The translations under genes and the position numbers were made by a program. 64,000 bases of DNA from Bdellovibrionales bacterium (lineage in GTDB: Bacteria > Bdellovibrionota > Bdellovibrionia > Bdellovibrionales > CAYMLA01), in contig OZ244239.1 of assembly GCA_965217115.1 (NCBI GenBank), positions 320,001 to 384,000 of the forward strand, in the 5' to 3' direction. This document shows, piece after piece, positions 1 to 10,085 of the stretch. A model generated the notes under the pieces. That model was not told the DNA's origin. It saw only the letters and a list, made by a program, of their open reading frames with translations, and searched no databases. Position 1 is the first letter of the stretch, and each line of letters starts with the position of its first letter.

Positions 1-415
1 AACGCTCCTTCACCGCACTTAAGCCCTCAGTTGAAACAGTGGCCTTTTGGTATTCCTGTTCCACGTTCTCGCGCAGGCCCTTCATTGAAGCTCCACGCAA
101 GGCCGTCCTAGCGCCTTCAATTGAAAAACGATCTCGATGTAAAAGCTTGCGAATAAGAAACGCCCACTCTATATCCTTACGTGTATAAACTCTCTGCCCC
201 GTTTTTGATTTTTTAGGACGCAACATCGAAAACTCCGTCTCCCAAAAACGCAACACATACTGTTTCACTCCTAAAAGCTCCGCCGCCTCACCAATCTTAA
301 ACGTCAGCCTAACTGGAATAGATCCAAACTCTTTAACTAATTTCTCATCCCACAGAGTTCCCAGTGACGATGAAAGTTGATCCGACTGGCCTAATTCAAT
401 AAAATCCGTTTCCAT
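1..415 (-). CDS. MerR-family HTH transcriptional regulator (3' end runs off the window)
   Basis: Hand translation from ATG at 415 (GGGGG RBS upstream) gives METDF...FKIGEAAELLGVKQYVLRFWETEF...KSKTGQRVY, with no stop before position 1. Typical position downstream of ihfA. Not in the ORF track. Confidence 0.88.
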   Translation of the reverse strand, partial: METDFIELGQSDQLSSSLGTLWDEKLVKEFGSIPVRLTFKIGEAAELLGVKQYVLRFWETEFSMLRPKKSKTGQRVYTRKDIEWAFLIRKLLHRDRFSIEGARTALRGASMKGLRENVEQEYQKATVSTEGLSAVKER

Positions 416-430
416 TGCATTTCCCCCGAA

Positions 431-775
431 TTATAGTTTGTCTAAGTCTTCCACGACGTTGCTAATATCTTCCCCATTGAGCATAGCCTTCAAAACTTGG
501 CTTGGACGAAACGTCAAAACTTTACGGGCACTGATCGTAATTTGATCACCCGTCTGTGGATTACGACCCACACGGGCCTTCTTCTCACGAACAATGAAAT
601 TACCAAAGCCAGATATTTTTACCTTATCCCCTTCAGACAAAACATCCTTAAGGCTCTCAAAAACCATCTCCACAAATTCAGAGGCCTCTTTCTTAGAGAA
701 ACCAATCTTTTGATAAACTTGCTCAACAATATCAGCCTTCGTCACTGTTGATTTTCCCAAATTCTGACCCGCCAT
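431..775 (-). CDS. ihfA: Integration host factor subunit alpha
   Basis: HU/IHF motif VKISGFGNF...GRNPQTG...VLTFRPS; lies directly after pheT. Confidence 0.93.
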   Translation of the reverse strand: MAGQNLGKSTVTKADIVEQVYQKIGFSKKEASEFVEMVFESLKDVLSEGDKVKISGFGNFIVREKKARVGRNPQTGDQITISARKVLTFRPSQVLKAMLNGEDISNVVEDLDKL

Positions 776-849
776 TCTAATGTCCCCTTAAACAACTTTT
801 TACCTGATCACCTCTTTAGGCTACCAAGTCCCTGAAAACTTTCAAGATT

Positions 850-3330
850 TTATCTTATGCCAATGGAAAATTTTTCTCCTACTGCCGATAAAATCCTGTT
901 CTGTAGCTCTACCAGCCTCTCTTCATCCAACGTACCCGTCCCATCTTGATACTCCATGCGAAATCCCACGGACCTTTGTCCTGTCTCTAGATTCGTGCCT
1001 TCATAAATATCAAACACTTCCACCTCTTTAAGCACCTTACCACATATCTTTTTAATCACCTGAGCCACATCCATGACTGCAAGGTTCACTGGCATAACCA
1101 GAGCTAGATCCCTCTTCACCACAGGAAATTTAGAGATATCCCTAACCTTATTCACCCGGGGCTGACGCACGGACAAGAGGTCTAAATCCAACTCCGCCAC
1201 AGCGACATCTCCACGTAATTTCCATTCTGATTTTAAACGCGGGTGCAGAGTGCCAACACAGCCGACCCTCTTCCCTTCACATTTTAGAACTGTTCTCTGA
1301 CCCGAGTGTAAAAACTCTAACCCAGCGTCAAACAAACTCTCTGGCTCTTGCAGCCAAGTCCAAGAAGAAATACCCAGCATAGATAATAATTTTTCAATCG
1401 CAGATTTTAATTCAAACACCACGGGAAAACCATCACTCTTCTGCCAAACAGAACTTCCCTGACCCCAAGAGGCAAAAGCCAAGCGAGCAGATTCCTTATA
1501 ATCCCCGTCTCCCTGTTGACAAAAAACAAAACCCGTCTCAAACAAACGGCCATAGGAATTACCGTAACTATTATTAAAAGAGAGATTTTTTAACAACCCT
1601 GGAATCAATGACATACGCATCACATTTAACTCTTCACTCAAAGGGTTGCGCACCCTCACCACTCCATCGACACCTGCATTCCCTAATATTTTTTCCTGAA
1701 ATTCTGAAGAGACAAAAGCATAATTCAGCGCCTGTCTATAACCCAACGACACCAACCCATCGGCCACTCGGTTATGAAAAACAAAACCTCCGTGGTTAGG
1801 CTTAGGGCTGATATTCATTAATGGCAAAGTCTCAGGGATCTTATCGTAACCCTGCAAACGGGCCACTTCCTCCACCAAATCCATATCCAGCGAAATATCC
1901 CAGCGGTACAATGGAGGCAACACTTGAATAAAACCCTCACGAGCTTGCACGACCTCACAACCCACCCGTCTAAGACAATCCTCCACGTCCTCTTGGGAGA
2001 CATGGAAACCCAACCTCTCACCCACATAGTTTACACTCAACTCAATAGGCTCTCTTTTCAAAGGCTCAGGGTAATGATCGTGATGATCGCAATAAGCCTC
2101 TCCACCTGCCACATCCAAAATTAACTGACAAGCTCTATCCAGAGCCTGTCCCGCCACATCTGGATTCACTCCACGGGAGAAGCGATAGGCCGAGTCCGTT
2201 TCAATACCAAATCGTTTAGATGTTTTGCGAACCGTTGCTGGAGCAAAATAAGCCGACTCAATGAAAAGATCACAGCTGTCATCCTTAACTCCCGAATTCA
2301 ACCCACCAATAACTCCAGCCAGAGCCACCGCCTGTTGATTCCCGTCTCGAATCAGCAACTCCTCACCAGTTAATTTAATTTCCGTTCCATCCAAGGTGAC
2401 AAATTCTTCATCCTTAGAAGACATGTTAACGATGATCTTTTGTCTCTGTAAAAAACGCATATCAAAAGCATGGAGAGGTTGCCCTAATTCCAACATCACA
2501 TAATTCGTAACATCCACCACATTATTGATCGAATTAATTCCCACCGACTCTAATCTCTGACGCAACCACGCAGGACTCTGGGCAACCTTAACTCCTTTCA
2601 CCACACGCCCTGCATAACGTAAACAGAGATCCGTCGCGCGCACATCTAACGCCATCTCTTTTTTCGTCGAATGATCCACCGTTTGCAAAACCGGTTCTTC
2701 ACCAGATTCAACAGAGCACGGACGGCCCAATTGAGGTTGCCGTAGCGGTCGATCTTTTAGAAGGCAGGAGACCTCCCTCGCCAAACCATAATGGCTCAAA
2801 CAATCCGCTCGATTGGGAGTGACCTTTAACTCAAAAACCACATCATCAAAACCAAAATACTCAGCTGCCGATTGGCCCACTAAGATCTCCACATCGGCCT
2901 TGGCTTGAAGAATAATGATTCCTCCACTGCCGTCATCATCCATGCCCAATTCTTCCATCGAGCAAAGCATACCACTGGACTCAACTTCACGTATCTTCGA
3001 ACGTTTGATTTTAAAATCACCCGGCAACACAGCTCCGGGAAGAGCCACAATCACCAAGTCATCGACATGATGATTCTTCGCCCCACACACAATGGTGTGG
3101 CACACACCCTCACCCGTCATCACCTGACAAACGCTTAACTTGTCAGCATCAGGATGTTGGTTCTTTTCTAAAATCTGCCCCACCACCACATGTTCAAAAT
3201 TCTTCGCTCGATCCTCTATCTGCTCAACCTCTAAGCCACCAGCAGTCAGAACAGCCGCCAACTTTTCAGGATTCAAAAAGAATTCTTGTACATCTACATA
3301 TTGATTTAACCACTTAAGAGAAATTTTCAT
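850..3330 (-). CDS. pheT: Phenylalanine-tRNA ligase beta subunit
   Basis: MKISLKWL start, tRNA-binding OB domain (HPDADKL, SSGMLCS), TPNRADCLS, B3/B4 and C-terminal FDX-ACB (RDLALV). Confidence 0.98.
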   Translation of the reverse strand: MKISLKWLNQYVDVQEFFLNPEKLAAVLTAGGLEVEQIEDRAKNFEHVVVGQILEKNQHPDADKLSVCQVMTGEGVCHTIVCGAKNHHVDDLVIVALPGAVLPGDFKIKRSKIREVESSGMLCSMEELGMDDDGSGGIIILQAKADVEILVGQSAAEYFGFDDVVFELKVTPNRADCLSHYGLAREVSCLLKDRPLRQPQLGRPCSVESGEEPVLQTVDHSTKKEMALDVRATDLCLRYAGRVVKGVKVAQSPAWLRQRLESVGINSINNVVDVTNYVMLELGQPLHAFDMRFLQRQKIIVNMSSKDEEFVTLDGTEIKLTGEELLIRDGNQQAVALAGVIGGLNSGVKDDSCDLFIESAYFAPATVRKTSKRFGIETDSAYRFSRGVNPDVAGQALDRACQLILDVAGGEAYCDHHDHYPEPLKREPIELSVNYVGERLGFHVSQEDVEDCLRRVGCEVVQAREGFIQVLPPLYRWDISLDMDLVEEVARLQGYDKIPETLPLMNISPKPNHGGFVFHNRVADGLVSLGYRQALNYAFVSSEFQEKILGNAGVDGVVRVRNPLSEELNVMRMSLIPGLLKNLSFNNSYGNSYGRLFETGFVFCQQGDGDYKESARLAFASWGQGSSVWQKSDGFPVVFELKSAIEKLLSMLGISSWTWLQEPESLFDAGLEFLHSGQRTVLKCEGKRVGCVGTLHPRLKSEWKLRGDVAVAELDLDLLSVRQPRVNKVRDISKFPVVKRDLALVMPVNLAVMDVAQVIKKICGKVLKEVEVFDIYEGTNLETGQRSVGFRMEYQDGTGTLDEERLVELQNRILSAVGEKFSIGIR

Positions 3331-3345
3331 AAAACTGCATCCAAA

Positions 3346-4362
3346 TTAAAATTGCTCTAGAAAACGCACATCGTTCTCACTGAATAAACGAATATCTTCA
3401 ATTCCATATTTTATAATAGCCATCCTTTCAATACCAAAACCAAAAGCAAAGCCCTGCCATTTTTCAGGATCGATCTTCACCGCATTAAAGACATTAGGAT
3501 TCACCAATCCACAGCCACCGATCTCTATCCACCCCGAGTGACCACACATTCGACAGCCCTCATCACAAATTGGACAAGAACAATCAAACTCTGCCGAAGG
3601 TTCTGTAAAAGGAAAGAAGCTTGGGCGAAAACGCGTTTGTATTTTCTCACCAAAAAAGGCTTGCATAAAATAAGTGATTGTTCCTTTTAAATCCGCCATA
3701 GAAACTTTCTTATCTACAAGCAGGGCCTCGATTTGATGAAAGTTCGGCGAGTGGGACACATCACTATCACAACGAAACACAGAACCAGGCGCTATCACTC
3801 GCAAGGGCAATTTCCCCTGTTCCAACGCATGAATTTGTACAGGGCTGGTGTGAGTTCTTAAAACATGGCTATCATCAATATAGAAAGTATCTTGCATATC
3901 TCTAGCGGGATGATCTCCCGGAATGTTTAAAGCTTCAAAATTATACCAATCACTCTCAATCAAAGGACCTGAGTGAACGCTGTATCCAAGACGTCCAAGA
4001 ATTTCGACCACTTCATTAATCACTAAACTCACAGGGTGGCGGCTTCCCAAGGACATAAAAGCCCCAGGTAACGTCATGTCTATTTTCTCTTTAGACATTT
4101 TCTCTTGCAGCTCTCTCTCCACGAAAGACTTCTCTAAACTATTATAAAGATCTTCAGCCTCCCGCTTAGCTCCATTGACCAGTTGGCCAAAGGCAGGTCT
4201 CTCATCCTTGGGAATTTTACCCATCCCCCGCATAAGCAGAGACAATTGACCACTTTTTCCCAAGTACTCAACCTTGAGGTCATAGAGCTCTTTTGACGAT
4301 CCGGCACCCTTGAAGGCCTGTAGCGCTGCTTCCTTAACTTCTTCTATTTCTACTTTTGACAT
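3346..4362 (-). CDS. pheS: Phenylalanine-tRNA ligase alpha subunit
   Basis: [32 protein letters not shown] and [10 protein letters not shown] motifs. Confidence 0.98.
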   Translation of the reverse strand: MSKVEIEEVKEAALQAFKGAGSSKELYDLKVEYLGKSGQLSLLMRGMGKIPKDERPAFGQLVNGAKREAEDLYNSLEKSFVERELQEKMSKEKIDMTLPGAFMSLGSRHPVSLVINEVVEILGRLGYSVHSGPLIESDWYNFEALNIPGDHPARDMQDTFYIDDSHVLRTHTSPVQIHALEQGKLPLRVIAPGSVFRCDSDVSHSPNFHQIEALLVDKKVSMADLKGTITYFMQAFFGEKIQTRFRPSFFPFTEPSAEFDCSCPICDEGCRMCGHSGWIEIGGCGLVNPNVFNAVKIDPEKWQGFAFGFGIERMAIIKYGIEDIRLFSENDVRFLEQF

Positions 4363-4459
4363 AGTCCACTACTATTGTATAATCCACTTGTTTTCTCAAA
4401 CACTTAGGGTTTTTAACGCGATTTGACATAATCTTCGGAAAGAGCTAAGGTCAGCCGCC

Positions 4460-5260
4460 ATGGCCCATAAGAATAGGAAAAATTACAGCCCTTACAAAGC
4501 CCGCAGACAAGAGCAGGGGGAGTCGGTTCTTCATGGTCATGACAGTCGTCATCACAAAAAACCAGAGATCATCTACTCCCTGAATGAAGCCAATGATCGA
4601 ATCTACGATATTTTCCGTAACCATGGCCTAAAAGATTTCCCCCACGATAAAAGACTCCTTCTCGCCCAGTTCTACCAGCTCCTGATGGAAAACCAACAGA
4701 GACAAAACTTCACCCGTCTGCTAAAATTAAAAGACATCGCTATAAAGCACTTTGTCGACTCCCTTATTGTCTCTGAACTCACCGACTTGTGCTTTCCTCT
4801 AATGGATGTCGGGACAGGGCCAGGGGTTCCTGGAATCCCCCTCAAAATTCAACATCCTGATAGAGAGATCATCCTCGCCGAAGGCGTACAAAAAAGAGTT
4901 TCTTTTTTAAAGGAAGTCAGAGAGCAAATGAACCTCAAAGAACTGAACATCATCGGTCGCAACATCAATGAAGATTTCATGTACCCCGTTCAAGGAGTTA
5001 TCACCCGTGCCGTAGAGGACATCCCCAACACTCTCCGCAACGTCAGTCAATGCCTGCAAACTGGCGGCAAGGTCTTTCTAATGAAAGGGCCTGCCGTGGA
5101 TCATGAGATTAAAATGTTCCAAGACAGTCCATGGACTCAGTACTACAAACTCACAGAAGACCACTCTTATACAATTATAAACACACCCCATAAACGACGG
5201 CTTGTTGTTTTCCAAAAAATACGACAGGTTGACTTAGCACACCTAAGCAGCCAGCTATAA
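4460..5260 (+). CDS. rsmG: 16S rRNA m7G527 methyltransferase RsmG/GidB-like
   Basis: NFTR...KHFVDSL, SAM-binding DVGTGPGVPGIPL, TRAV and MKG motifs. Confidence 0.9.
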   Translation: MAHKNRKNYSPYKARRQEQGESVLHGHDSRHHKKPEIIYSLNEANDRIYDIFRNHGLKDFPHDKRLLLAQFYQLLMENQQRQNFTRLLKLKDIAIKHFVDSLIVSELTDLCFPLMDVGTGPGVPGIPLKIQHPDREIILAEGVQKRVSFLKEVREQMNLKELNIIGRNINEDFMYPVQGVITRAVEDIPNTLRNVSQCLQTGGKVFLMKGPAVDHEIKMFQDSPWTQYYKLTEDHSYTIINTPHKRRLVVFQKIRQVDLAHLSSQL

Positions 5261-5298
5261 AGCTTAATCCATAAGACTTAATCCATAAGGCTTAATCT
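5257..5298. repeat. Three tandem imperfect 14-bp repeats
   Basis: ATAAAGCTTAATCC / ATAAGACTTAATCC / ATAAGGCTTAATCT fill the whole rsmG-trmH spacer. Confidence 0.85.
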
Positions 5299-6102
5299 AT
5301 GAATTCTATCACCAGCCCTCAAAATGAAAAGTTCAAAACATGGCTCTCCTTACTCGACAGTAAGAACAACAGCAAAAAGGGCATCAAGAGGCATCAGCTC
5401 TTTATTCTATCTGGCCCCAAAGTCGTTAATGAAACACTTCTCTACCATCAAAACTCTGTTGTTAGCGTTCTACATTCAGAAAAAAATCAGCCTGATAGAG
5501 GACAAACTCAACACTATCAAGATAAGCACTTTCTACTTGAAAATAAACTCTTTAAGGAGCTTGATGTTTTCGGCACTGATTCAACACTCCTAGTCTGTCA
5601 GACACCCACCCTTCATCTATGGGATTCACAGTCATCTCCTGAAGGGCTAGAAATCCTCTGCCCACTCGGTGATCCACGGAACCTTGGCGCAGTCGTGCGA
5701 ACCTGTGCGGCTTTCGGTGTCAGTAAACTCATACTACTCCAAGAGAGCTGCTCTGTGTTTCTACCTAAAAGTCTGCGCGCTGCCAGTGGGCAGATATGGA
5801 ATGTGCCCCTCTATCAAGGCCCTTCTCTACATGACATGACCAACGGATCATCTCCTAACAAATCACCTAATAACCACTCACTCACCGATCATGTTCTTAG
5901 CTTGGATATGCACGGGGAAAACATTCATCGGTTTCAATGGCCCAAGAACTGCCGTTTACTCATAGGAGAAGAAGGCCAAGGTGTTCCTAGAAATTTAAAA
6001 ACCCAACCCCTCTCCATACCTATGGAAGAATCAGTTGAATCACTCAATGCCGCCCACTGTATCAGTATTGCACTCAGCTCTTACTATTCTCAACACAAGT
6101 AA
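5299..6102 (+). CDS. TrmH/SpoU-family RNA 2'-O-methyltransferase
   Basis: SPOUT motifs DPRNLGAVVRT, IGEEGQG and IPM...SLNAA. Confidence 0.92.
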   Translation: MNSITSPQNEKFKTWLSLLDSKNNSKKGIKRHQLFILSGPKVVNETLLYHQNSVVSVLHSEKNQPDRGQTQHYQDKHFLLENKLFKELDVFGTDSTLLVCQTPTLHLWDSQSSPEGLEILCPLGDPRNLGAVVRTCAAFGVSKLILLQESCSVFLPKSLRAASGQIWNVPLYQGPSLHDMTNGSSPNKSPNNHSLTDHVLSLDMHGENIHRFQWPKNCRLLIGEEGQGVPRNLKTQPLSIPMEESVESLNAAHCISIALSSYYSQHK

Positions 6103-6117
6103 TGGGAAAGAAAACAA

Positions 6118-6933
6118 TTACAGAGCCTTGCCTACTTCTTTTAAGAGGGCTATCACCTTATTGACTCCCTTTGTTCTCAACTTATCAGATCTAAATATTA
6201 ATGAGATCTCAACATTGGGACGAAATCTCTTAATCAAAACAAGCCCTCCTACACTCTCTTCCACTTGATTTGGCAGTAGGCCCATAAAATTATTCCCTTT
6301 CAAAACCGAATAGAGAACATTGTAGTCATTTAACTTCCTGGTTATGCATCGTGGGTATCTCGCCAATATTCTCTGGGCATGAATCATTAACGAATTGTAT
6401 AATATCGTCTCCCTCTCAGCACCATCCCTTGAATACAATCCAATAAACTCATCCCATAACTTGATCTTCACAATATCAGGGTAGGCTTTCACATCAGCCA
6501 CTATCGCTATATCTGATTCAAATTTCATCACACTTTCAACAGCATCTCTAGAATTCTCAAAACTATATTCAATGGAAATCCCACTTAAAGTAGACATTCT
6601 AGCTTCAAACTCTGGAATGATGTGTCTACCCAAAATGGGGTGTACAGAGATTTTATAATGACCATGAAGCCCATCTCTTAACCCCTTAGCATTCATCTCA
6701 GTATTTTTTAATTCTCTAATGATTTTGTTAAAACCTCTCTGGTAAACAGCGCCCTCTTCTGTCAATTTCAAACCCCTCGGAAGCCTCAGAAAAAGTTTTG
6801 CCCCAAGCTCCTCCTCCAGTGCCTTTATCTCACGGGACAAAGAGGGCTGTGAAACCCCTAAAAAATCAGCCGCCTTTGATATATTCAGATACTTGCATAC
6901 TGTAGAAAATACATTTATCTCTCTTATATCCAT
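6118..6933 (-). CDS. LysR-family transcriptional regulator
   Basis: N-terminal HTH NISKAADFLGVSQPSLSREIKALEEELGAKLFLR...LTEEG; divergent from the 7072-9101 operon. Confidence 0.95.
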   Translation of the reverse strand: MDIREINVFSTVCKYLNISKAADFLGVSQPSLSREIKALEEELGAKLFLRLPRGLKLTEEGAVYQRGFNKIIRELKNTEMNAKGLRDGLHGHYKISVHPILGRHIIPEFEARMSTLSGISIEYSFENSRDAVESVMKFESDIAIVADVKAYPDIVKIKLWDEFIGLYSRDGAERETILYNSLMIHAQRILARYPRCITRKLNDYNVLYSVLKGNNFMGLLPNQVEESVGGLVLIKRFRPNVEISLIFRSDKLRTKGVNKVIALLKEVGKAL

Positions 6934-6944
6934 ACAAATAAGAT

Positions 6945-6978
6945 ATATCAGCTATTAGTATTCATGTATAGCTAATAT
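6945..6978. promoter_or_regulatory. Inverted repeat in the divergent promoter region; candidate LysR operator
   Basis: ATATCAGCTA-N14-TAGCTAATAT (9/10 complementary), just upstream of the LysR start codon. Confidence 0.4.
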
Positions 6979-7071
6979 TTTGTTTTTTCTATAAACTCCT
7001 TTTTAAGAGATCAAGGGAGCCTACACTCTGGTCTTGCAACTATTAAATTTTTTCCTTAAGGAGGACATACC

Positions 7072-7488
7072 ATGAAAATCACACTTAACATCATTAAAAT
7101 TCTTAGCCTACTCTTCTTCTCTACATCAGCTATGGCAGCAGAACATCTTGTAGATATTAAAGCCTTTCAATTTGTTCCAAATGAAATTTCAGTGCAACCT
7201 GGAGATACGATCGTTTTTACAAATCGTGACAGCGCTCCCCATTCAGTCGTGCCCAAAGAAGATTCCTCTGGAGTATTTGAACCCAGTTCTGTTCTCTCCA
7301 CAGACGATCAATTCACCATGGAGATACCCAGTGAAATTAACAGTATTGAGGCTGGCTGTGGTGTGCACCCTCGTATGCCAAGTATTACAATCCTCATTGA
7401 GACAGAATCACAAGTTCTTCTTAAAGAAATCAGGCACAGACTGAATAAATTAGAAACTATTATTACAGCCAACGGGAAACGACTCTAA
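7072..7488 (+). CDS. Secreted cupredoxin (plastocyanin/amicyanin-like blue copper protein)
   Basis: Signal peptide (AMA|A), F.P.EISV.PGDTIVFTN.D.APHSV, and C-x2-H-x2-M (CGVHPRM) type-1 copper ligands; strong AGGAGG RBS. Confidence 0.9.
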   Translation: MKITLNIIKILSLLFFSTSAMAAEHLVDIKAFQFVPNEISVQPGDTIVFTNRDSAPHSVVPKEDSSGVFEPSSVLSTDDQFTMEIPSEINSIEAGCGVHPRMPSITILIETESQVLLKEIRHRLNKLETIITANGKRL

Positions 7489-7489
7489 T

Positions 7490-7930
7490 ATGCTATCAGT
7501 CCTTCTACGAATGACGATTATGCCCTTTTTTATCTCTTTAATGTTAATCTCTTGCAGCCAGGAGCACATGTCATTGAGTGATTTAGAATCTCCAGGTGAT
7601 GAAGATATAAGCTTTAGCGAAGTTTATACAAAAATACTACAACCAAAATGTAGTACCTGTCACTCTGGAGCGGGGGCCCCCAAAGGGCTCGATATGATCA
7701 CTGAAAATAGCGCTTTTGAGAATCTGGTTAATCAATCCAGCCAAGATCGGTCTACTGTGCTACGGGTTTCTCCAGAGAATTCCAACCCTGAGAGTAGTTA
7801 CCTTATTGCAAAGATAATTTCTGACGACACCTCAAGAGATAATTCACGAATGCCTCTAGGTGGACCTTATTTAGAGGAAGAAGACATTAACTTTTTAAAA
7901 GAATGGATTAACTCTGGTGCGAAAAGATAA
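7490..7930 (+). CDS. Monoheme c-type cytochrome lipoprotein
   Basis: Lipobox LISC, heme motif CSTCH, distal Met in RMP, C-terminal EWI..GA helix. Confidence 0.85.
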   Translation: MLSVLLRMTIMPFFISLMLISCSQEHMSLSDLESPGDEDISFSEVYTKILQPKCSTCHSGAGAPKGLDMITENSAFENLVNQSSQDRSTVLRVSPENSNPESSYLIAKIISDDTSRDNSRMPLGGPYLEEEDINFLKEWINSGAKR

Positions 7931-9101
7931 TATAAAATTCGGTCTATTGTTAATCACACTGCTCATTCCCTTCTCTTCATGGTCACGTCCAGAGTATGCC
8001 AATAGAGTTAAAACAAATTGCAGCGCCTGCCACTATAACCCTACAGGTGGAGGACCAAGAACTGTATTCGGTAAGACCTATGGCTCCCATGGTTTTAGTA
8101 TCGCAAAAAGCTCCCTGAAAGATTTAATATATGGAGACTTTCGCGCACTTTATTTTCTCCCCGAAAAACCTCTCAAAAGTAAAAATGGTGCTGCATTAAT
8201 GAAGGCCAGCTTAGCAGTCAATATTGAGATTGAAGACAACGATGAGAAAAAAATGTCTGCCCTATTCCACTATGATCTAGGTCTTCTCTCACATCAACCT
8301 GTTAGGGAGGCCTACATCAAATGGGCCACTAAGGAATCTAAGTTAATTATTGGTCGATTCTATTTACCCTTTGGACTCTTAACAGACGAACATCGAACAT
8401 ACACAAAAATTCAAATCAATACCTCACTAAGAAATTTTGAACTCGGCGCACTCTATTCAAATGATTTAATGCAAGAACTCCACTATGATGTCTCCCTCAC
8501 AAATGGACTCAGATCTTCTGGTGGAGACTTTACAGAAAATGGTGATCAAACCTTTGCCATCAACGTCAATTTCAGATGGAACCCCATTGGGAAATCATTT
8601 CTACTCGGCAGCAGTATCCTACATCAAGCAAGTCAAAAATATCGTCCACAACCCTTGGCCACTTCTATTTACGGTGTCTGGGCTTTAGATCAAATGTGGG
8701 CTCAGCTTCCAAAAATAGATGTCCTCAGTGAAGTCGTTTTGGCTGACGGCTTTAACCAAGGTGAATTTAATCCATGGATACCTATCTACTTTACTGGAGA
8801 ACATCAAACTTGGAACGATAATCTCCAACTTAGCCAATCCTTGGGGCTTTTACTAAAACTAAAATGGACAATTAACAATCACTGGAAACTCCATTATAAA
8901 TTCGATAGAATTCTATTAGATTCCAGATTTGGCGGAGATCAATTCACCAGACATGGTCTTGGTTTCGGATATCAGTGGAGCTCTAATTCATCCCTGTCAG
9001 TCAGATTAGAAAAGGCCTTCGTTGGACGCGATGATTTTAATACCGACCGAATACTGGCTGCACAAAATGCCATTCATGCAGTATTTAGAACATGGTTTTG
9101 A
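7917..9101 (+). CDS. Cyc2-like N-terminal monoheme cytochrome / outer-membrane beta-barrel fusion
   Basis: Signal peptide, then PEYANRVKTNCSACH...RTVFGKTYGSHGF, followed by amphipathic beta-strand-like sequence ending in an aromatic C-terminus (FRTWF). Confidence 0.72.
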   Translation: MRKDNIKFGLLLITLLIPFSSWSRPEYANRVKTNCSACHYNPTGGGPRTVFGKTYGSHGFSIAKSSLKDLIYGDFRALYFLPEKPLKSKNGAALMKASLAVNIEIEDNDEKKMSALFHYDLGLLSHQPVREAYIKWATKESKLIIGRFYLPFGLLTDEHRTYTKIQINTSLRNFELGALYSNDLMQELHYDVSLTNGLRSSGGDFTENGDQTFAINVNFRWNPIGKSFLLGSSILHQASQKYRPQPLATSIYGVWALDQMWAQLPKIDVLSEVVLADGFNQGEFNPWIPIYFTGEHQTWNDNLQLSQSLGLLLKLKWTINNHWKLHYKFDRILLDSRFGGDQFTRHGLGFGYQWSSNSSLSVRLEKAFVGRDDFNTDRILAAQNAIHAVFRTWF

Positions 9102-9155
9102 CTCCATAGACAAAGACCCATGACCTTTAATCATTGACGATAATGGTGGAAATGT

Positions 9156-10058
9156 TTAACAGGGAATTAAATCTTTCTTTAGCTCTTCTGGAGGCTCTTC
9201 CGACCACAAACTCAACACAAACCCCCCACAACCTGAACCCGTTGGTTTTACTGAAGCAGCTCCATGGTCTTTTAAAAAAAACATATGCTCATTCAACTTG
9301 CTCGAAAGAAGATCCCATTCCTGAAAACACTCTCTAGCTAATTCAATACCCTTGCATAAAAGCGGGAATCCCTCTGCCTCTCCACAAGCTAACGCTTTTT
9401 CACATAAATCCACTGCCTCAGACATTTTACCATCCAGAGAGGTTAAAACTTCTGGGGCCTTCTCACCCATTTTCTGCACTCTCTGCACACAATCACTCGT
9501 ATTTGATTTTTCACCACTATAAGATAAAAACCAATGGGGTTGCCACTTGATTTCCAATGGACGGCGAACTCCTTTTTTTTCAAAGTAAAGCCCTCTACCA
9601 CCTAGTGCCACAGCAATGTCTAATCCACTGCTCTGCCCATGGAACAGGTCTTCCAATCCACGGGCAAACTCATAGACTTCCGACTCTCTCTTTAAACCCA
9701 AGGCCGCCACCCAACGGGAGATAATCACACACAGAGACGCCGAAGCACCGATACCAGCCCCAAAGGGCAAGTTATTATGAACAACCAACTCACCCTTGAT
9801 AGCCTCCAAAGTAACTTCGCACTCCTTCAAAGCACGATCAATCACCTCTTGCACCGTCTTATGTAAGTTTTGATCAATCTCGCAATGAACATGCAAAGAG
9901 AATTTCTGATCTGTCTTCGTATAACTAAGAGTCATCTTCTTACCAATGACAGGAAACACCAGCGCTGGACAACCCCTAAGAACAGAGTGTTCACCCGCTA
10001 AAATCCACTTTCCATAGGCCTCAGTTTTGAATATTCCTGCCATCTCTGACTCTTCCAT
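9156..10058 (-). CDS. mvk: Mevalonate kinase (GHMP family)
   Basis: GKWILAGEHSVL, PFGAGIGASAS, HGQSSGLD and KPTGSGCGG motifs; cluster context. Confidence 0.88.
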   Translation of the reverse strand: MEESEMAGIFKTEAYGKWILAGEHSVLRGCPALVFPVIGKKMTLSYTKTDQKFSLHVHCEIDQNLHKTVQEVIDRALKECEVTLEAIKGELVVHNNLPFGAGIGASASLCVIISRWVAALGLKRESEVYEFARGLEDLFHGQSSGLDIAVALGGRGLYFEKKGVRRPLEIKWQPHWFLSYSGEKSNTSDCVQRVQKMGEKAPEVLTSLDGKMSEAVDLCEKALACGEAEGFPLLCKGIELARECFQEWDLLSSKLNEHMFFLKDHGAASVKPTGSGCGGFVLSLWSEEPPEELKKDLIPC

Positions 10059-10085
10059 ATTTAACCCTTCTTAATCGCATTAAAT

